A stretch of 64,000 nucleotides of DNA from Hormiphora californensis (taxonomy: Eukaryota > Animalia > Ctenophora), in assembly GCA_020137815.1 (NCBI GenBank), contig CM035361.1, positions 1,240,001-1,304,000 of the forward strand, written 5' to 3'. Positions within the stretch are counted from its first letter, which is position 1. The number at the start of each line of letters is the position of its first letter. The notes below the pieces were generated by a model, which saw only the letters and a list, made by a program, of their open reading frames with translations, was not told the DNA's origin and searched no databases. This document shows, piece after piece, positions 57,990 through 64,000 of this stretch. The translations under genes and the position numbers were made by a program.

Positions 57990-58917
57990 TCACCATGAGG
58001 CTCCGCAGTAGTAGTATCACATGTAGGGACCTCTGATGGTTGCAGAGTTCCACTTGCTAGACACGATATTACGTCACCACATGACGTAGTGTAGTTCTCT
58101 CCCGCTGTCATAGCCGGGGTCTGGGATGTTCCCGGACAATCTAAATAGATATTAGGCGGGAATGTTTAGTTAATTTGTATCGCTTGTTTTCTAGTTTTAA
58201 GATTTAAACGACCCCATACTTTTTGACTAACTGGAATTATAGGGAAAACAAGGCAAAATAAGGGGGAAACCCCTTCCAAAAAACTTACCATATTTCCGAA
58301 ATTTAACGGATGCAGTATCCATTTTTGTAAACTGAAACTTCACAGTATCACTCTCCCAACCCTCCACACACTTCTCCCCACCATCCTCAAACTCGTACAC
58401 CATCAACTCAACCCCATTACACGCTATAGAGAAGGTGGTGGGGGTCTTAGATAGGGTCCAGGTTTTGGTGTCCGAGAACTGAGATATATCCGCCTCAAAC
58501 TTCTTCCAGCCATGACTGCAGTTTTCCAGCCGATAAAGGCCGTTGGGTTCTCTAAATTGTATGAGTAGAAGTAGACCTTCATTATATGCCGGACCTGAAA
58601 TTGAATGGTTTCTAAACTTTAGAAATTTAATTACAATAGATTGGATTCGTAGCAGGAATGAACCAGAGTAACGAACTCCATTTTGGGTTTTGAACCCCAG
58701 TAATAAAATTACCCCTCCGCGAAAGCTCACGGAACTCCGAAACCATGATTATAAAAGGGTCTACCTGTGGGGGAGGAGGGGTAGAATCGGATTTTTACAA
58801 CTTTCGCTTTAGTTTTATCCGACTCTAAGGGTGCATCTGTAAGGACTTGTAGAGGTACTCTCTCTAGATCCCAGGGAACAGCTACCTGTCTTTCAACGTC
58901 ACTCCACCCAGTATCAT
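57990..58917 (-). CDS. Partial multi-exon gene carrying a ctenophore-expanded domain (W..VER.V..PWDLE..PLQ..TD ... WT..KT ... CNGVE ... DTAS) plus a Cys-rich exon
   Basis: Exons ~58917-58765, ~58594-58288 and ~58140-57995 with GT-AG ends; the domain is recognised from memory of ctenophore proteins. Confidence 0.6.
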
Positions 58918-59199
58918 CTGTAAAATAAAGTTTGGTAATTTTTACTTGGTATTGTTTGTTGTCAGAATCACTAATATAATCACTAATGTAGTGATTCGTG
59001 ATTCGTGAAACTTTGATATCTACAGTCCGGTCACCAGATATCGGAGCCGCGACTGCAGGTCTTGGTTATAACACTCGCCTGGCTTAGTAGAAGCGGGTAG
59101 AAAAATTAGGAACACAATGCATAGTAACGTCATTTCAAACACACATTTCAAGAAACTTCAATTTAGTTTTCATGGCAGGTCAAGCACAATTTTTAATGT

Positions 59200-62100
59200 T
59201 CTAAATGATTCAGTTTGAGATGACTCTCTCTCTCTCTCTCTCTCTCTCTCCCCCTCTCCTTCACCCCCCTCTCTTTTCTTCTCTCTCTCTCTCTTCCTCT
59301 CTCTCTTCTCTTCTCCTCTCTTTTTCCCTCTCTCTCTCTCTCTCCCCTTTTCTCTCTCTCAGGATGGTGGGGCGTGTAGAAGCTAATGGTGTTGTTTTTT
59401 TTTAAATTTTTTAGAAAAAGATGATTTCTGTCTTTTCTTTTCTGTCGCCCTGCCCCTGTCTGTCTTTTTTCCCTGTCCGTCTGCAAAAGGATGAAATCAA
59501 AACTCAGAAACCAAACGTTATGAGGGCCATCATCCCCCTCTGTCTCTCTTTTCCCTCTCTCTTCCTCTTACTTTTCTCTCTCCCCCTCTCTCCCTTCCTC
59601 TCTCTCTCCCCTTCTCTCTCTTCTTCTCTCTCTCTCCCCTTTCCCTCTCTCCTCTCTCTCTGTCCTCCCCTCTCTCACTTTTGGGCTCTCTCCCCTCTCT
59701 CTCCTCTCTCTCTCCTCCTTCTCTCCCCCTCTCTCCCCTCTCCTTTTGTATATAAAATGTCTCACTTTCTCTCTCCCCTTCTCTCTCCCCTTGTCTCTCT
59801 CTCCCCTCTCTCTCTCTTTTTCTCGGGGAAAAGAAACACAAAAACCCGGGGTAAACTCTTTCTTGAGTAGCACTACCGTATTACTTCTCTCTCTGTTTTT
59901 CTGGTTCTATATATGCTTCACGTAGATGGCAACGCCATTTCATTTTGATTTATTGTGGTGGTGTGGTCTCCCTTCTTTGTTATGTTCTAACCCTCCTTTT
60001 AAATTTTGGGGGGGCGGGCGAAAAAAAGTCTAGAAAGGGAAAACCCCCTTTCCCATACGGGGCCCGGGGGTTTTGTTTTTATCTAGATATACTACTACTA
60101 GTAGTAAAATACTAGTGTTTAGTTAGGTGTGGTCTGTGTGTGTGTGAGATTTGACTACAAAAAACTTGATATACCCCCCCTCTTTTTGGGTTTAACGGGT
60201 TTTTTACCACACTCACAAAACAACAATCACAGCCGGGACATACATTTAGCATTTTTTTTTTCCACTGCCCCCGGGCCAGTTTCATGCTCAGAAGTTTGGG
60301 GGGGGGAAACAAAAACAAACCGGATACCCCCAAATATCTCCAAATCTGGGCACTTCAAATTATTTGCGCTATAATTCGCCATATTTTTCTTCTGTTTGCC
60401 TTTTCCCCCAGAGTAAAAAGTGTCTATAATACGCGTGTGAAAACCTTTTAAATCAGTAAATCATGGGTTTTTTATATTTAGATCTTTAAACTTTTTTAAG
60501 GCGATGATTTGTATAGCCCACGTGGTGTTTTGTCTTTTTCATCCTTCTCCCCCCCTTTTTTCCCGCTTTTAAAGTCATTTTTGGGGATCAATTCAAACCA
60601 CTTTTTTTTGGGCCCTTTTTTAGGGGTTTTTATTTGGGTTTTTTTCCCCCCCCCTCCCCCAGCTTTCCCTTTTAAAACTATCTTTTTTTCCCTCCTCTCT
60701 CTCCCCTCTCTCTTTTCCCATCTCTCTCTCCTCTCTCTCCTTTTTCTCCTCCCTTCCATCTCTTTCCCCCCCCTTTTTCCTCCCCCCCTTCCCCTCCCCC
60801 CTTTCTCTCTCTCCTCCCCCTTTTTTTTCCTTCCCTCTCTCCTCATTATCCGTACACTGACACGTCACTTCCGGTCGCGCGCCTACAGACAGCCTTACAA
60901 TTGTGCCTCTCTTCAGTCACGTGGTATCATCACATGGCACTTAGTGAGCCCAAAAAATGTATCGCACTTTCAAATTTTTGAGAGAAAAGGGGGAAAAAGG
61001 GGAGAGAGAGAGGGAGAAAGAGAGAGAGAGAAAAGAGAGAGAGAGAAAAGAGGGGAAGAGAAAGAGAGAGAGAGAAAGAAGGGTTTAATTTGTTTAAAAC
61101 TGAAAACGTTCCTAATCATGGGACATGCCTTAGCCTCGTAAATTTAGCACGCGGTTTTATCCCCAAAAAGAGGGGGGAGAGAAGAGAAAAAAGAGAGAAC
61201 GAGAGGGGAAATGCTATTTTTGCTCAAAAACGTGTTTTTAGAAATTTCTATTATATCTACCTGCGCTAAAATTGTTTTTGTTTTTTTTTTAGGGGTTCCT
61301 TGCGGGCTAAATTTTTTATTATCAATTTAAATTTTTTCTCTCTCTCTTCTTTCTTTTTTCTCTCTCTCTCTCTATCCCCCTCTCTCGTTCTTTTCTCCCC
61401 TCTCAACTCTTCTCTCTCTCCTCTCTCTCTCTCTTTTCTCTCCTCTCTCTCTTTTTCTCTGTATGTTTTTGATCTTGGTTTGGATTGATTTGATTGTTTA
61501 CTTTAAGCAAACAAAAGTTTAGATTGTGTCAATCCATCATTTGATAAAAATCCCCTTTTATAACGGTAGTAGAATTAGGCCCTGTTAGTTCTGAAAATAT
61601 TGAATGGAGTTTTGGTAAAAAGGAGGGGGGGGTGGGTATTTCGGGGTGGGAGAGGGATACTCAGCCAGTGGTTTTGCTTATTTAAAAAGTCAGGGATGTC
61701 GAGGGGGGCACGTTATTAGGATTGCTGCCCCCTAATGGTACCCGAAAGGCAACATCGATGACGTGATTAGCTGACTCCCGGGGACTTTATCTCTCTCTCC
61801 TCTCTCTCCCCTCTCTCTCTTCATCCTCCTCTCTCCTCTCTCTCCTTTTCTTTTTCTCTTTCTCCTCTTTTCTCCTTTTCCCGTCTCTCTCTCTTCATTC
61901 CTCTCTTCCCCCGTCCTCTCTCTCTCTCTCTCTCTCCTCTCCCTCCCTCTCTCTCTCTCCCTCCCCGGTCTCTGCGTGTGTCTAGGCGTCTGTGTTGTCT
62001 ACCTCTGTCTGCACTGTTTTGAGACTGCATTTTTGGCCCCCCACTGCGACAAACCCAGGGATCAACCCGAGATAGTGTGACAGACTGAGACAGACAACCT

Positions 62101-63350
62101 GTGACAGATTAACTGACGACCCCCGGACAAAACAACAAAACATCAAAGGGGTTGTGGGCTATTTTTTGGGGAAAAGGTAATCTTAACTATTTCCCCTCCT
62201 TCTAAAATATTACCCCTCCTTCCAAACTATTTCCCCTCCTTATAATATATGTCTTCTCCCCTTCGGTGCCTCTCAATATAATTTAAATGCGATGAAACCC
62301 CGATGAAACACGTGATAGAATTATTTTAGAAAAAAGAGAGTTTAAAAAAAAGAGAAAAATTTTAAATAAAATGAACAAAAAAGTTAGAGAGGAAAGGGGG
62401 TAAAAAAAAAATGATAAAGGGGAATAAATGGTAAACGGAAATGATGAACTTCCAAAATCAATTAATTTAGTTTGTTTCCCCCCTTTTTTTTCTCTCTCTC
62501 TCCTTCTCTTTCTTCTTTCCCCTTTTCCTCTCTCTCTCTTTTCTCCTCTATCTCCCTCTTCTCTCTTCTTTTCTCTCTCTCTCTCTCTCCCTCTCTCTCT
62601 CTCTTCTCTCCCCCTCCTCTCCTTCCCCCTAAACTCCTCCTCCTTTTTCTCTCTCTCTCCCCTCTCTCTTCTTCCCCCTCTCTCTTCCCCCCCTCGTTTC
62701 CCCTTCCCTTTTCTTTTGTTATATATTGCGGTTAACTAAATGAAGATCGGCCATTAAATTAGTAACCGCTTTAAAACAGTTATTTTGTTGTTGTCAGTGT
62801 ATTATTTTCCTTACTAAAAGACTTCTTAATCTCCATTCTGGATGCCATCTAGCCGAGATCAACACCAGCACTCTCTTCCTGGTGTTCCCTAATTATTATT
62901 GTATGCGATAGAGAGATGTCTTTGACCCTGAGCTTGTAGGACCATTGTAAAATTTTGAGACATACTGTAAATCTTTGGTTTTCACTGCTTGAAATTTTGA
63001 TTTCAAAACTCAAAAAAGGGAAAAGTTTTATTTACTTTGGAAAATTTGGGGGAAACTAAGGGCCAAGATACGGGAAAAATGTGACGTGAAATGGAGCTAC
63101 TTTTAAATTTTAACTAGGGAAAGTTTTTACTGAAAATTTTTATGAAGGAGTCAAAACTTTATCCCAATTCATTCTCATTTTGATTTTTTGTCTACTGATG
63201 ATTTGGGGGCCTCCTTTGTGGGGCACCATGAAAATGTGTATAGGGCCTTAAAAAAATGCTGTTGTTTTTAAATTTTTAAAAAACTCTCGCCGGCTTTTAA
63301 ACCCCCCGTTTGAGCTTTTCTTTTTGATTTCGGCCCCAAAGGGGCAGGAT
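59200..63350. other. CT/GA-rich, largely low-quality sequence
   Basis: Corrupted microsatellites and homopolymer inflation; 63000-63270 is an error-rich copy of 63480-63745. Confidence 0.7.
63190..63247 (+). ncRNA. Hammerhead ribozyme type I, degraded or mis-sequenced copy
   Basis: GTCTA CTGATGA TTTGGGGGCCTCCTTTGTGGGGCACCAT GAAA ATGTGTA TAGGG. Confidence 0.6.
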
Positions 63351-63667
63351 ATCTATCTTTTTCCTCATCTACTAAACTTTGCTATAATGCAAAGCTCCCT
63401 CAATTTATTTGTGGTTGAGCTCTCTTGTGGATCTGAGGACACGTACGACGTCTGGTTTTTGAGGAACAATGATCAAAATGGAATACAGATTACACACTCC
63501 AAGAAAGGGAAATGGTTGATGTACTTGAAAACTGGGGAATCTAGAGGTCCAAGATACGAAGATGTGACGTGAAATGGAAACTACTAATTCTAACTAGGAA
63601 AAGTTTGACTGACTGTTTTTTATGAAAGGGGTCATACTTTATCCAATTCATTCTCATTTTGATCTTT

Positions 63668-63721
63668 GTCTACTGATGATTGGTGCCTCCTCGTGGGGCA
63701 CCATGAAACATGTGTATAGAC
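63668..63721 (+). ncRNA. Hammerhead ribozyme type I (minimal, self-complementary stem III)
   Basis: Stem I GTCTA/TAGAC, core CTGATGA (63673-63679), 9-bp stem II TGGTGCCTC/GGGGCACCA, GAAA (63705-63708), stem III ACATGTGT, GUA cleavage triplet ending at 63716. Confidence 0.85.
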
Positions 63722-63753
63722 CTTAAAAACTGCTGTTGTTTTTAATTTGGTAT

Positions 63754-63839
63754 CACTGCTTGTACAACTTATAACACTGCCCAGTGTTATAAGTTCTGAC
63801 TTATAACACTGGGCAGTGTTATAAGTTGTACAAGCAGTG
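63754..63839. mobile_element. Tiny palindromic element (CACTG...CAGTG) built from two nested palindromes
   Basis: CACTGCTTGTACAACTTATAACACTGCCCAGTGTTATAAGT is mirrored around TCTG. Confidence 0.7.
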
Positions 63840-64000
63840 CTATAACACCGCTGTACTTAGAACTCCTCACTCAATGTTTCTGTCACACTTAGAAAGAAAA
63901 AGCGTGTACGAACTCTCTCTTTTCTCTTCTTTATGTCACACTCACGAGCCGCTTGCAGCATCGATATCAAGATAACAGTTACGAACTCCCGGACCCACCC

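Noticed and set aside
59193-62739. ER/LS-rich ORFs
   Set aside because: Translations of corrupted GA/CT microsatellites.

Overview
Eukaryotic, intron-containing animal DNA. It is most likely a ctenophore (Pleurobrachia-like), judged from my recollection of a 109-bp hAT MITE family and of a ctenophore-expanded protein domain; this is not verified by search. Genes: a 3-exon class A GPCR with indels; a minus-strand multi-exon gene with Mn-motif-like repeats that may enclose a LINE and an intronless opposite-strand ORF; casein kinase I alpha; four tandem C2H2 zinc-finger paralogs, one apparently joined to transposase-like exons; tRNA-splicing endonuclease Sen34 preceded by a 30-bp minisatellite; Claspin; and part of a ctenophore-type domain gene. 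Mobile DNA: a 5'-truncated CR1/L2-type LINE, a 4.4-kb foldback palindrome with a nested MITE, many MITEs (TA, TTAA and 8-bp TSD types), two short Helitrons and a DINE-1/HINE-like element. Near the right end are two tandem type I hammerhead ribozyme motifs 478 bp apart (Penelope/retrozyme-like). About 26100-28680 and much of 59200-63350 look like homopolymer-inflated low-quality consensus, so ORFs there are unreliable.
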